Both the position numbers and the translations under genes were made by a program. Under the pieces are notes generated by a model that worked only from the letters and a program-made list of their open reading frames with translations, was not told the DNA's origin and did no database searches. A stretch of 63,993 nt of DNA, counting the filler, from Ionaspis alba (Eukaryota), in assembly GCA_964255285.1 (NCBI GenBank). It is 6 parts of 6 records of this genome, joined end to end, with 100 filler letters (N's around TTAATTAATTAA, not from the genome) between each part and the next. Parts side by side here need not be neighbours in the genome. Positions count along the whole stretch, not along the records: positions 10,769 to 21,382 come from CAXUUL010000593.1; positions 21,483 to 32,090 come from CAXUUL010000594.1; 4 more parts are not named here. One strand, given 5' to 3'. Positions 11,263 through 23,727 of the stretch are shown piece by piece; within the stretch, counting starts at the first letter, position 1, and every line of letters begins with the position of its first letter.

Positions 11263-14200
11263 TCAAGTTTCATCCATGTAAGTCGTCCCATTTCGTAACT
11301 CGTGAACACGATTCGTGACCTCGCCTTCTCCGTCCGCATACCTCGTCCCATCTCGCAATTCGTGCACCCCGTCCATGAGCCTTCCCGTGCTTTGCCGCTC
11401 CTTGCCCTTCGGCTGAACGGCCTCCTGCGGCTTAGGCACAGCGTCTTGTAGTGCCTGGCGACTCTCCTCGTCTAAGCTGTCCCACCACCCACGAAGGTGA
11501 TTAGCAAATGCTCGCTCCTCTGCACCTAGTTCAACAGGAGGCCCCAGGATATTCACTTCCTCGCCTTGGCGGAAAACAGCCCAAGCGCTGCTATTGGTGC
11601 TAACGAGGATGAAATCCTTCTTCGAGGTCTGGACTTTGAAGTTGCGGAGAAGGATTGCGTCTCCGGTTTTGGTGACCGGCAAGGCGGCTTTGAAGGGACG
11701 GAAGAGCTGTGCAATGCGGAAAGATCGGCTAGAAGCGGAATTCGATGATGGATCGGCGAGATAAATTGTCTGAAAATAATCGCGCGGCCCTGATTGAGCA
11801 CGTACAGGCACAGTGCAGGAGACAGTGACAGCGAGGACATCAATCTCAGTGCCAAAGTGTTGGGCAATGGAATCAAGAGGCGCAAAATAGGATAGTGGGG
11901 TTCTAAAGCTGGTTGGAGGTGGAGTTGGGAGAGCACCCGTAGCAGTAGTTGAGACATGATCCTCCTCATGTTTATCTGGAGATGGAGAACGTATTGCAGA
12001 TGTCTCGTCCCGGAACCGTGCGTCGGTTTGATCTTCGTGAATAACTGAGCTTGCTTCACTATCTTCGTTGTCGCCACCGGCGCGTTGATGTCCAAGACGC
12101 GCAAGGTCAGACTTGCTAGGAGTGAACCAGAGACTACTATCTTCGATACCTCGGCTGTCGATCTCCCCATTCAAGCGCCTTGATGACGATGCCCTTAGCT
12201 CCCTCAGCCTGTCGAAGATGGAGCTTCCTTGAAGACGTTCAGATCCATGTAATATCCGGTCGCTGCTTGCAGTATCCTGGGTGAGCTGTGGCGTGAGTAT
12301 TTGATGTTCGACATCCTCGATACGCTCAAGGTCAGCGGAGGACTCCGGCGATACGCTTTCCTCCTGTTGCGTTGGAACCGGGGTGAGAACATGCGTGGTA
12401 ATCCTGGGATCAAGAGGATGATCAGACACCTCAACTGGGTCCTGTGACATAGGTTCTTCAACGCCAGACTCAGATTGTACATTCACAGCCTGAGAAACTT
12501 GCTCAATAGGTTCGTCAAATGACTCATGTTCAGATCGTACGTGTGATTGCGAGGATATCGCTGTCGACGAAAGTGACGGATCGGCCTGAGCCTCGTCAAT
12601 TTTCGCGCCGAGATGAGGCAACTCATCAAGTTCGGAAACCTCATCTTCGCGCGACAATCCTTCCGTGGCCAACTCCGCGAGTGTAGGCCTCTCATTCTCT
12701 GGCACGCTTTGAGAATTAAAGATTGTATCCTGAGCAGCAAAGCATGAGTCGACGCTTCGTCCGGAAATACTCTGTATCTCCAAGTCTTCTTTTTCGCTAA
12801 TGTCACTCTGGTTGTTATCGAGATCAACGAGATCCCACATGTGGCTATCCTCGGGCATAGCAGTCGGTTCCTCCTCCACTTCCAGCACCTTTACATGGTC
12901 TGCTCTAACCTCACTAGAAAAGTCTTCGGCGTCCTCTTCTTCGAGCTCTCCATCATGTTCAACATCGTCCTCGAAGTCGGCTTTAGCCACCTCCTCATTC
13001 TGCGAGTCGCCCTCTGCTTCGCTATCTGAGTCACTGTTTATTTCTATGATCTCGACTTCACCTTCGCCTTCTCTTCCGCCTTCGCTGTCGAGCTCCTGTT
13101 GCGTCCTCGAGACAAAGTCTACTTCATCGTCTATTCCACTGCTTTCATCGTGGTAACAGCCAGACGCGGATCCGAGCTGAGTCTGAGAATGCTGAGACAT
13201 AGGATAGTCGTCATAAGGTGTCTCCCTGTAGTATTGGTCCTTAGCATGATCAAACGGTCCTTCATAGTCTTGGTGTGCCGCGGTCGGCGTGTAATCTTCC
13301 TCTTCGTCGGTATACTCGTCTGACCCTTCTTCGTCATGCCCAAAACTAGCCTCCGAGTCTCCGGCCTCGTCACTCTCATATTGTGATCGTGTCTCCCGAT
13401 CGACAATGTCACCAGTGGCATCTTCTACGTCCGAGTCAAAGGGAGCATCCTCCAAATTAGATGACCCATCGTCTCGCAAGACATGCTCATCCTGATCTTC
13501 ATATAGAGTATCCCGGGCTTGACCGAAACCTTCACCATGGTGAGCTTTGCGATTCAAGAGGGGAGACACAAGGGGTAAGCCAGCGGACGGCAAGGGTCGT
13601 AGACGCGGCTGGTCCGGTGTATTGATCCCGCTTGTAATTTCGTCTGTGGGTCCGCGATGAGGCGAGGCGACTACGGTATTAATACGAAGTGGAGAGTTGG
13701 TATCTCGCAAATGATCTGGAGAGCTTGTGTCGCCTTCAGGGTGGCTCTCTGTAACTTGCGAAGCTTGGTCTTGATCGTAGTCAACGCGTTGCTGGGAGAG
13801 AGCCTGCGATTGCTGTGCCGGCTCACTTGGTAAGCCCTCGGAAGATTCTCCTGCCAACAAGTCCTCGCCACCGTTCAAAAGCTCTTCGGTCGGCGGGATC
13901 TCGTCTTGAATATCATTCTCGTGAGGCGTTTCCACCTCAGGACTCGGCGTTCTCTCTATGTACCTCCATTCCTCGCTCGGTCTACTGTATTTAGTCTTCT
14001 TGCGGCCAATGTTCTCGTCCAGGTAGGCGTCATCGTCGAAAGGGTCATACCCTGAATCGAAGGCCGATGTAGAAGGGAAGCTTTTCCGCTTCAAGAAGGC
14101 GGGAGATGCCCAAACGGAAGGGCTGGCGGGCTTCGATGTTCTAGCTAGCAGGATGGGGGGCTCTCCAGGCTCATGATAAAGTGGAGATCTTGGTGATGTA

Positions 14201-14675
14201 GACGAGACAGCAATAGATGATGGTTGGGAGACTACATGGTCGACATTGAGCAGAAGCGGCTCACTTCCCTTCTGAAGTAGCTGTGCTCTCAGTCAGTATC
14301 AAAAGAAACTCGCAAAATTACGAGGATCAAACCTTTAGGACTAGACGTGGTCCGTAGAGCAGCTGCCATGGGACGCATTCCCCCGATATTTGAATTCCTT
14401 CCTCAATCCTGCTCCAACTCGCACCGAGTAGTCCTAGAACAAGATCATCCCCAGTAGTCACTTCTGATTTTGCGACGGCTCGAGCACTTGCGCCTGTAAA
14501 AGCGATCCGGACCTGCCCTTTGTTTCGTCGTAGGCGGATGTCTGGTTCTACCAGGAGGATACTGATGGAATCTTTCGAGGACGAGTAAGGCCATATCAAG
14601 GTTACAATGCCTCTGATTGAAGTGCCGTACGCATTAATATCAGGATGCAACTGAGCTATAGTCAGGTGATTGATA
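11263..14675 (-). CDS. POT1/Cdc13-type telomeric ssDNA-binding OB-fold protein with long acidic linker (start probably in N gap), 1 intron seen
   Basis: N-terminal IAQLHP...IRGIVTLIWPYSS...LLVEPDIRLRRNKGQVRI; C-terminal LSYFAPL...IDVLAV...GPRDY...LADPS...QLFRPFKAALP...GDAILLRNFKV; intron about 14281-14332. Confidence 0.75.
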
Positions 14676-14775
14676 NNNNNNNNNNNNNNNNNNNNNNNNN
14701 NNNNNNNNNNNNNNNNNNNNNNNNNNNNNNNNNNNNNNNNNNNNNNNNNNNNNNNNNNNNNNNNNNNNNNNNNNN
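14676..14775. other. 100-N intra-scaffold gap (others at 24547-24646, 33912-34011, 56364-56463, 57921-58020)
   Basis: Runs of 100 N with no linker sequence. Confidence 0.95.
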
Positions 14776-14821
14776 TCTTTGATCTATATTTATGAAGCAT
14801 TAGAGTAACGTTGTATCAAAG

Positions 14822-16330
14822 ATGGGGTCGTTACCGGACAACCGCATCCGGCGGATTGCAATAGTCGGAGCAGGACCCGCTGGAATCGCGGCCGCGAAGT
14901 AGGTGATCGTGTTGGAAGACGATACTTCGATTAGGATTCTCACCTGCTGTAGGTACTTTCTAGCAGAGCTTTGTTTCGAGACTGTCGATATATTCGAACA
15001 AAATTCCACCGTGGGCGGTGCATGGAACTACTCGCAACAAGGCTCTTCTGGCAAAGCACCAATCCCTCAAGTCAGTCCTATTCAACCTTTGGAGTGCCCT
15101 GTATGGGAAGAGGATGATTCAGGGACTACTCGTCCTATTTTCTTAACACCAATGTACGACAATCTAGAGACGAACATTCCAAAATCCTTGATGAAATACT
15201 CCGACAAGTCATTCCCCTCGGAGAGTCCACTGTTTCCTCACCGAACACTTGTTACTGAGTATCTAGAAGACTACGCTGCAGAGGTTAGGCATTTGATCAA
15301 GTTTGAAATTCAGGTTTTGGATATACGATTAATGTCTCCAAATGCCGATCGACATCAATGGAAGATCAGTACGCTAGATCTCAGAGCAAGAACAAGAAGT
15401 GAGAGTGTTTATGATGCAGTCGCCATTTGCAACGGTCATTACACGGTACCCTATATACCAGACATCCCTGGAATCCGACAGTGGAACGAGCAAAACACCA
15501 GCTTGCTGTCTCACTCCAAGTTCTACAGGCACCCAGGCGATTATACGGGAAAGAAAGTAATAGTTGTCGGCAATGGGGCATCGGGCCTCGACATAGCTTC
15601 GCAGATCAGTTTGGTGTCCAAGAATCCTCTGCTCGTTTCGACCAGATCCGATCCAGGTCCTTGGACTGTCCCCGGTGGACTCAAGGAAGAGATTCCGCAG
15701 ATCGTCGAGTTCCTTCCCCAATCATCAAGTAACCGTGGAGTACTACTGGCGGATGGTCGAATCGAAGACGAAATTGATGCTGTTTTGTTTTGCACAGGAT
15801 ATCTCTACTCATACCCGTTCATGTCAACGCTCCATGAGCAATTGATTGGGGACGGCTTCCGTGTACAGCACGTCTATCAACATATCTTTCACATCGAGCA
15901 TCCATCTCTAGCTTTTCTTGCTCTACCAATGAGGATCTTGCCATTTCCACTGAGTGAAGCTCAAGCAGCTGTCGTGGCTCGCGTGTGGAGCGGTCGCCTA
16001 GAGCTACCGTCCAAGGCTGAAATGTATGTATGGGAGGACAAGTTAATCACAGAAGCTGGAGCGGGCAAGGGCTTCCATACCCTGAACTTTCCAAAAGACT
16101 TTGAGTACTCTAATTTCTTGCATGACTGGGCCGCTAAGGCAGGTGGAGAAGGCAACAAGATGCCGCACCGCTGGAGTAAGAAAGAAGCTTGGGTGCGACA
16201 GTCGATTCCTTCTATCAAAGCAGCGTTCGCAAGGCAAGGAGAAAAGAGACATGCGATCCGCACAATCGAGGAACTAGGTTTTGAATATGCAGCCACCATA
16301 CCCGAGGACTTAAAAACTGGGCTGAAGTAG
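14822..16330 (+). CDS. Flavin-containing monooxygenase (thiol-specific FMO1-like), 1 intron
   Basis: IAIVGAGPAG (FAD), GGAWNY, MYDNLETNIP, ICNGHY, HSKFYR FMO fingerprint, VVGNGASGLD (NADPH), FCTGY. Confidence 0.92.
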
Positions 16331-16812
16331 AGATTCAGAGTTGTATAAGGGACCTATCGTACTTTGATCTGAAAGTGGAACACTCCGCACAGGTTCAGGA
16401 GGTTTTCCTATTGACTGAGCAAAAAAGCGGTAGCCTATCGACCCATATGATAGATTGACAGATCAAAGATAACAAAATTCTGCCTCTTCCAAATCACAGC
16501 TACGTTACCAAAACGTTGGGGAAATTGTCACTGCGCTGCTGCAAGTAGATATGTTGACCGTCGATTATGATTCGGGTTATTGCAAGCCCGCCAACAGAAT
16601 AGGTCGGATTTAGACGCGCGGAATTATTCCATGCTCGTGTACCTCGAAATATTGGTACCTTTCTTACAACATCCTCAGGGCGGACTCAGTGGGTAGGAAC
16701 AGTCCATGCATAATCCCGTGCCGACAGCTGCTTATTGTGAGGTTGCTATATGATCAAGAATGATGGAGTTTGTTTCTTTCCAGAGCGGTTTTAGCGGCCT
16801 AACGCGAGCATA

Positions 16813-19800
16813 ATGCCTCGACGAAAGCGGACGGACAGCCCAGAATCATACACAAACAGAAAGTCTAAAAGGAGACGTGGAATCTCTTCTGCAACTGACA
16901 CTAGTTCCTCAGAGGCAGCATATGGCGAGTCATCTCCGCAAAAGGCCGGAGATAAGTATTTCAAAATTAGAGATATCATTGGTGAGAGCAGAACCAAATA
17001 CTTGATAGACTGGGAAGACGATCCAATTAGCAAGGAGAGATACGAGCCTACTTGGGTGAGTCAATAGTCTCTCGATATCATATAATCATTATTCTTATCT
17101 GTTTTTTGTACACCACGTCCTTCACATTGCTGTAAGTTTCACCGCTGAGCATGATCCAAGGAACCAAAGAGACACGCCAACGCCGCTGCTGTAACTGCGT
17201 GGAAACAAATCCAGAGTGAATCACAGCGTCAAGTTACCCGTCCAGAACCACCACGTATATCTGGTAGTCAACAGAATTGTACCATAGTTCGCCAGACCAT
17301 TGACGTTGCTTCCCCGGAGATATTGAGCCCACTCCCGCGCCGAAGGCTACGAAAACGCCGTGTGATAGATACATCCTCTCCTGACAGAAGGAGCGAAGAC
17401 GTATTAGACGATAGCAGAACTCAGATTGACTCGGATTCCCGAAGGACGCAATTGCGGTCGTCGCCACCATTTGGTCCCCTTCCTGTCGTTGTTCAGATAT
17501 CCCCACCTCATAGCAGCCTTGATCGTGATCAGTACGATTTTTATATCGCATCTCTCTCACAGCAAAGTGTTCAGACCTCTCAAATAGAAGATCCGGACTC
17601 CGGCTTAGGTGAATCGTCACCTGCAATCCCAGATACAGCTGCAGTCGTACGCTCAAATTTTCCCAGCATCATCCCGGACTCTCAGTCTCTGCCAGGCTCG
17701 TCGACCTACGAACAATCTACCAGCAAATCTAGTATACACTTAAGCCGGACCCAAATTGCCACGCAGGATCTTAGCACCAACATTTCCGGTCGAGAAATAA
17801 CTTCTGAAGCCACCAAGGCCAGGATTCCCACCATTGAACTGAACGAGCTCATCGAGGACAGCTTAGTGTCTGCGAATTGTTCCAGAGAAAAGTCTCGCCG
17901 TCTCAATTCCACAGATCAGCTGGGTGTTGAGCATTCTGCTACTGATAAAGAGCCAGAGCTCTTGCCTGCAGGACAGAATTTGTTATCCCAAGGTATCCCT
18001 GACCCTCTGACGGGCAGTTTTGAAGTAGACACATACCACGACCCTCAATTAGATGAATTTCTAGGACCCGTAGGACGAGTTGATACAAAACCCTTATTCC
18101 AGCCTCGTCAACATCAATCCAGACCAAGTAGTCCAAGAACCACGACAACGACTGAATCAACTAGTGAATTCGCGAATTGCCAACAGCCGCCAAACGAAAA
18201 CCACCAAAGTCTCAGGATAAGGCTTGAGAGCCCAAGCTCTCAGACACAGGTTACCTCGGATACTCTCAGACAATTTCAAACAGAGTTACAAAGAAGTACG
18301 CCGTCGCATGGTAGGTACCCATGATCATGCTACGAATTTACTGCTCACCATAACTGATATACTCCGTCCTCCAGACGAGGTTTGGCAAAGTGGACAAGTC
18401 ATATCTTCTGCTCCTTTCGACTCACAGATAACCTCCAACACATTTGAGGAAGTTCCCGCAGCAGCTGGCGTTTTTAGACCAGCCACCAGTGTAGAGTGTC
18501 GGGTACCAACCATTTCGGCCTCGAAAGAAAGTGGAATACATTCATTATTACAAGAACACAGAGCGACTTCCGATTCAGCAAAAGAGTCTGTCCTGGTTCG
18601 ACGAGATCCAAACTCTCAAACAGCAGAGTCGGCGCAAGTTTTAGACTTTGAAGAAGGAAATATCTTGCCGTCTATTGAGCGGACGGACGATTTCATCACC
18701 AAGCACTCTTGTCCAAATTGTAAACAAACTGCCTTCCAGGTACTAACACATCACAATTCTACACCACCGCTGGATCGAAACCCTGCTTCCATCAATATGT
18801 CTAACGAAGTTCACGCGAGTATGACTCCCATATCTAGCGACGTACGGTCCACACATACAGCTTCAAAGAGTCCATCACTACGAGAAAAACTACGAAGTGT
18901 GCGAGCGGCCTCACGAGCGAGCTATGCAGCTCGCCAAGCAAATCTAGAGGCTTCGCCATTGATTCAAGCTAGCAAATCACCGTCGTTGATTCCCGAGCCT
19001 CTGCCTCAGGAAGAGGTAGGCAATTCTCGACTTGACATCAGCATGGCCGATATCCCATTGCCGCAACCTGCCTATCAGACAAATCCGGGCACACCCATAC
19101 ATCCGGGCGAACCAGCCTCATGTATTGAAATCGTCGAGACTCAAGTGATCAAAGAGCTCGAGGCTCCAAGAGTTGGCAAGATGGAATTCGTGGTCTCGCT
19201 TTCTTTGCCACCACGGATTAGAGATATATATGTGAAGACCATTGAAGAAGATCAAGAACTAATGACCAAATTTCTGGAGACTGAGAACACTGATACTTCT
19301 TTGAAGGAATCAATGGAACTGCTCGTGTCAAAGATTAATAATGTTAGCAACCATGTCGATCTCAACGACCAGACCACGATGACACAACAGGAAGCAGCAC
19401 CAGAGGATCACGCTCTGTGGGCCGTGAATTGTAGTGGCAAGTTCCAGTTCCTGGCTCGACTGCTTGAGTCGCTACGGGATCTAGACTTTCATCTTGCCAT
19501 CGTGGCTCAAAGAGGTGCTCTCCTGAACATCATCGAGTTATTCTTGAGGGGAAATCATCTCAACTACAACAGACCTGATACATACTCCCAATCGGATCCG
19601 AACGACAGTAAGGGGCGTCTCCAGATAACACTTATTTCATCGGGAGAAGAAGACTCCTCCGCACTCCCAAAGTTCGCCAACCTCGTCATCGCCTTTGATT
19701 CGTCCTTCAACCCTGAAGAAGCTCAAATCCAGTCGCTGAGAAAGCATATGCTTAACGTCGGTCAACTATCTCCAGTTGTCCATTTACTTGTATACTCTTC

Positions 19801-21206
19801 GGCAGAGCATATTGAGAAGTGCATACCCAAATCGTTCACCGGGACTGATAGGCTGAAGGTATTGGTCAACTGTGTAGCTCAAACGAGACAGTTCGCCGGA
19901 GAGCTCACTCCGGAGGAGCATACTCCTGAAGAAGCAGCCGACGAGGTCGTGCAATTTGTTCAAGGAGGGTCTAAGCCAGAAAAGTTCTGGCCATTACCAC
20001 GTCCGAGGAACATCCAGATTGATGGTCTCGAGCTTGTAGACCAAAGTCAAAGCAGCGAGTCTACAAGCCGAATGGAGGCGCAGGCTACCAAGGAGTCGAG
20101 CAGAATGCCGTCTGAAAGTCGAAAGAGAACTTTGGTATGCTCTTGTACTTCAGTGACATCATTGGCGATTAGATCGACTGATAATGCACAGAAGATGGAA
20201 GACGAGTCAGTTACACCAAAGCGTCAGAGATTGCCAGATGTCTCGCATATCAGTGACACTACTCTGTCGACTCAAGCAGTTCGTATCCTCAAATTCTCGT
20301 CATGGCTAGAAGCTGACTTCGCAATCGCAGGCAAGTCAAACGATCGCAGACCTTCAAGCTGCCTTGAAAGCATCAGAAGAGCAAAATGAAAGCCTCAAGG
20401 CAAAGATCACCGGTCTTGAAACCAACCACGCTACTGAAAAGAGCGACATGCAAGCTACCCTTACTGAAACCCAGACCCAGCTCAAAGAGCGAACGCACGA
20501 CCTCGACAGCCTCCAACTCCGACACGAAAAGCTCATCCGGAAATACCACAAAATTCGTCACGAAAACGCCGACCTCATCGCCACCGCCCTAACCACCACA
20601 CAAAAGCTCGAGACCCTCGCCCAAGAACTCGTCACCTCCAAAGAAACCAGGAAACTGCACCAAGCCGAGACAGAATCCGCCCGAGAAGCCCTCCGCTCCT
20701 GCACCATCCCCGAAATCGTGGAGCTCGAAACCGCCAAATCTTCCGCCCGCGCTCTGGCCGAAGACAAAGCGACCCTGGAGCGCAAACTCGCCTCCCTAGC
20801 CACAACCCTCGACTACACGCGGCAACAATACCAACACGCCTCCACCACCGCGGCCAGCACGACCACTCTGAACACCGCCCTCGAAACCGAGCTCGCGGTC
20901 CTGCGCAAGCGCGCTTCGGGCGAAGCCGTCAAGTTGCGCGCTATCAATGTCGCGGACGCGGTCGAGGAGCAGGTCCGCCAGAATGCGAGGCTGTTGGCTG
21001 AGAATGAGGATTTGAGGGAACTGCTGAGGAAGAAGGAGAAGGGGAGGGGGGTTACGACTAGGACGGGGAGCGTGGCGCCGAGGAGTCCGAGATTGGGTGC
21101 TAGTCCAGGGAGGAGCAGGCAGGGGAGTAGGGCGCCGGGGAGTAGGACGGGGAGTCCGGTGAGGAGCTTGTTGGGAGGGAGGAAATGGAGGGGCGGTGTG
21201 GAGTAG
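16813..21206 (+). CDS. Chromodomain plus HDA1-complex subunit 2/3 (Hda2/3-like) domain protein with C-terminal coiled coil, about 4 introns
   Basis: YFKIRDIIGE..KYLIDWEDD...YEPTW|EP chromodomain; CSGKFQFLARLLE...ANLVIAFDSSF...PVVHLLVYSSAEHIE Hda2/3-like region; heptad-rich last exon 20331-21206. Confidence 0.75.
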
Positions 21207-21382
21207 GAGATGGCGAGGCGGAGGGGGAGGAGGAGAAGCGCGCTAGAGGGGAGGTGCGGGATAGATGTGGGTGATGCGAGAAGATGAGTGGTTGGTACCT
21301 GGTGTGATAAACATTTGGTTTGTGATATATTTGTACTTGATTGTTCTTCGGTATACATGATTGGTGGATACTTGATGTGATG

Positions 21383-21482
21383 NNNNNNNNNNNNNNNNNN
21401 NNNNNNNNNNNNNNNNNNNNNNNNNNTTAATTAATTAANNNNNNNNNNNNNNNNNNNNNNNNNNNNNNNNNNNNNNNNNNNN
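21383..21482. other. Artificial scaffold linker
   Basis: N44-TTAATTAATTAA-N44. Confidence 0.97.
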
Positions 21483-22667
21483 CCTGGCAGTGAAGCCTGA
21501 GAATTTCCTGGTAGATTCTCTTCATGGTGTCATTTTCTGTGTGCTGTTAGCCAATTCCCCCAAACCGCCAAGCAGTGCAGAGGCCACCGAAGATCCACTG
21601 GTAGAAAATTCCTTCGGATAATTAAGGACAAGAAGGACGAATCTTGTATGAGAAGGAGGTCAATACGCCCTGTGACTTGGCACTATTATGAAGTGGGTAG
21701 AAGTATAGAAGGGCGGCAGAAAGGCTATGCTTTTGTCTATTTCATAGTAGATTACATTAGGAAAGCAATCAATCGGAACTTAACAGGATGTGAGCAACGC
21801 AGCCCTTCGGCGAGTTCACAGTATAGCACTTCCCATTGCCTGTTTTTCCAGCTCAATTCGCCTCTGATGTAGGACCAAAATGTCCCGCAAGCTCCATAAT
21901 CTCCTGGAAGATAGGGAACACATGTTGTCTGGTCGACCTCATATTGTGTTCAACTTCACGAGCCTGAAAGACACTGCAGAGCAGAAACGTAAGAAAGCCT
22001 TATCAGGAATGCAGTCGTATACCAGATTTAGTGTTGGCGTGTAGATTTGCTTGTGGAATAGACTGCGTATTCTGCGTCAAGTCTTCGAGATCCGCTTATC
22101 TAGAAGCTAGTATTCCTGCATAAACAGCAACAGTCGTAAATATATATAGAAAAAATTTCAAGATGGAACGTAAAATCATATTTGAATAGCAGCGCATATT
22201 TGGCATTGAGTAGGAAGAAATTGTTTCTGTCAAGATCTACTGAAACTGTGTCAGGAGAAGATCCGCAAATTTGGTATGATGAGGAACCGTCTTCCTTCAG
22301 AGATAGTTCCAGCTCTGGGTATACTATATTTGCCGACCATAGATGACATAAAGTACTCTGTCCCAACGGGTTGGCCTTGAGATTGAAATGGGCGTCCGTT
22401 TAGCAGAGAAGAGGCTTTGCGGGAGTGGCTTCTAGCCCTGTACACGTGCATGGCGCTAAGGTAGATCCGTCCTGGGATTTCCAGTAAATATTACGCACTG
22501 TGAATAATGTTTTTTATACAAGCCATTATACGCTTCTCATAATATGCTCAGATCCTCTTACGTGATACCGTGAGATAGCGATACAAATATAGCGTTCAAT
22601 GAGGTTCACGACTACTCCACCACTTCTCCGGTTCTGATCCTCTTCCTCGACCACCACGTTCCTTCCG

Positions 22668-23510
22668 ATGGCTGTCCGTGCAACTGCGCTCCGGAATCTT
22701 TCCCTCCTCCTTCAAAAACCTAGTCATGTTCGCCACAGCTCCATTTCCTCGGTGAACCCTACAGAAGTATCACACTTCAATGCCCTAGCTTCGACATGGT
22801 GGGATCCACAGGGTTCATCGCGGCTGCTCCATCTTATGAATCCACTCCGCCACGACTTCATCAACTCATGTTTGAAGTTCCAGCCGACACCCTCACCTCC
22901 TTGTAATCTGAGATACCTTGATGTCGGCTGCGGAGGAGGTATATTTGCAGAAAGCGCAGCGCGTCTGGCATCAACAGCCAGTGTGACAGCCATCGATCCC
23001 AGCAGCGATGTGCTTACGGTTGCCCAAGACCATGCGCGGCAGGATCCTATGCTATATAACACAGGGCGACTACAGTATCTAAATAAGTCAGTGGAGGATC
23101 TACCAACACCGAAGAGCATTGAACAACAATATGATGTGCTCACGTTGTTCGAGGTCATAGAACATATCACGCACCCAGCGCCATTTCTGACGTCCTGTTT
23201 GCCGTTTGTGAAACCTGGTGGATGGCTGGTGCTGAGTACTATCGCGAGGACGTGGACGAGTTGGTTGACTACAAAGGTTGTGGCGGAGGATATTGTGAGA
23301 TTGGTACCGAGGGGCACTCACGATTGGCAGAAATACATTAATGAGGAAGAGATGAGAAGATTCTTCCGAGTGCAGAACGGATGGGCGGGAGATGATGCGA
23401 TCAAGTCTATGGGATGTGTATATGTACCTGCTGTGGGGTGGAGGATGGTCCCTGGTGGGGAGAAATGGGGGAATTACTTTTTTGGCGTAAGGAGAGATCC
23501 AGATTCTTGA
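22668..23510 (+). CDS. COQ3: Ubiquinone biosynthesis O-methyltransferase, mitochondrial
   Basis: SSVNPTEVSHFNALASTWWDPQGSSRLLHLMNPLR, LDVGCGGGIFAES (SAM motif I), FEVIEH, VPRGTHDWQKYI. Confidence 0.95.
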   Translation: MAVRATALRNLSLLLQKPSHVRHSSISSVNPTEVSHFNALASTWWDPQGSSRLLHLMNPLRHDFINSCLKFQPTPSPPCNLRYLDVGCGGGIFAESAARLASTASVTAIDPSSDVLTVAQDHARQDPMLYNTGRLQYLNKSVEDLPTPKSIEQQYDVLTLFEVIEHITHPAPFLTSCLPFVKPGGWLVLSTIARTWTSWLTTKVVAEDIVRLVPRGTHDWQKYINEEEMRRFFRVQNGWAGDDAIKSMGCVYVPAVGWRMVPGGEKWGNYFFGVRRDPDS

Positions 23511-23727
23511 CATGACATAGTCTGCATGCACTACTTCCACAGTGTAAAGCTTTTGCATGATAGCAATAGGGCATCTGCCCTCCTACCTAAATGTTTGCGT
23601 GTGGCATACAGATTTACCAACGCCATTCATGCCGTCAAGGAACCAAATGTGAATCCCTTCGAAAAGCAGGCGTCAACTTCCTGCGGCACGTATCAAACGC
23701 CTCCCAATGCCTTGAGATGACCGTCAT

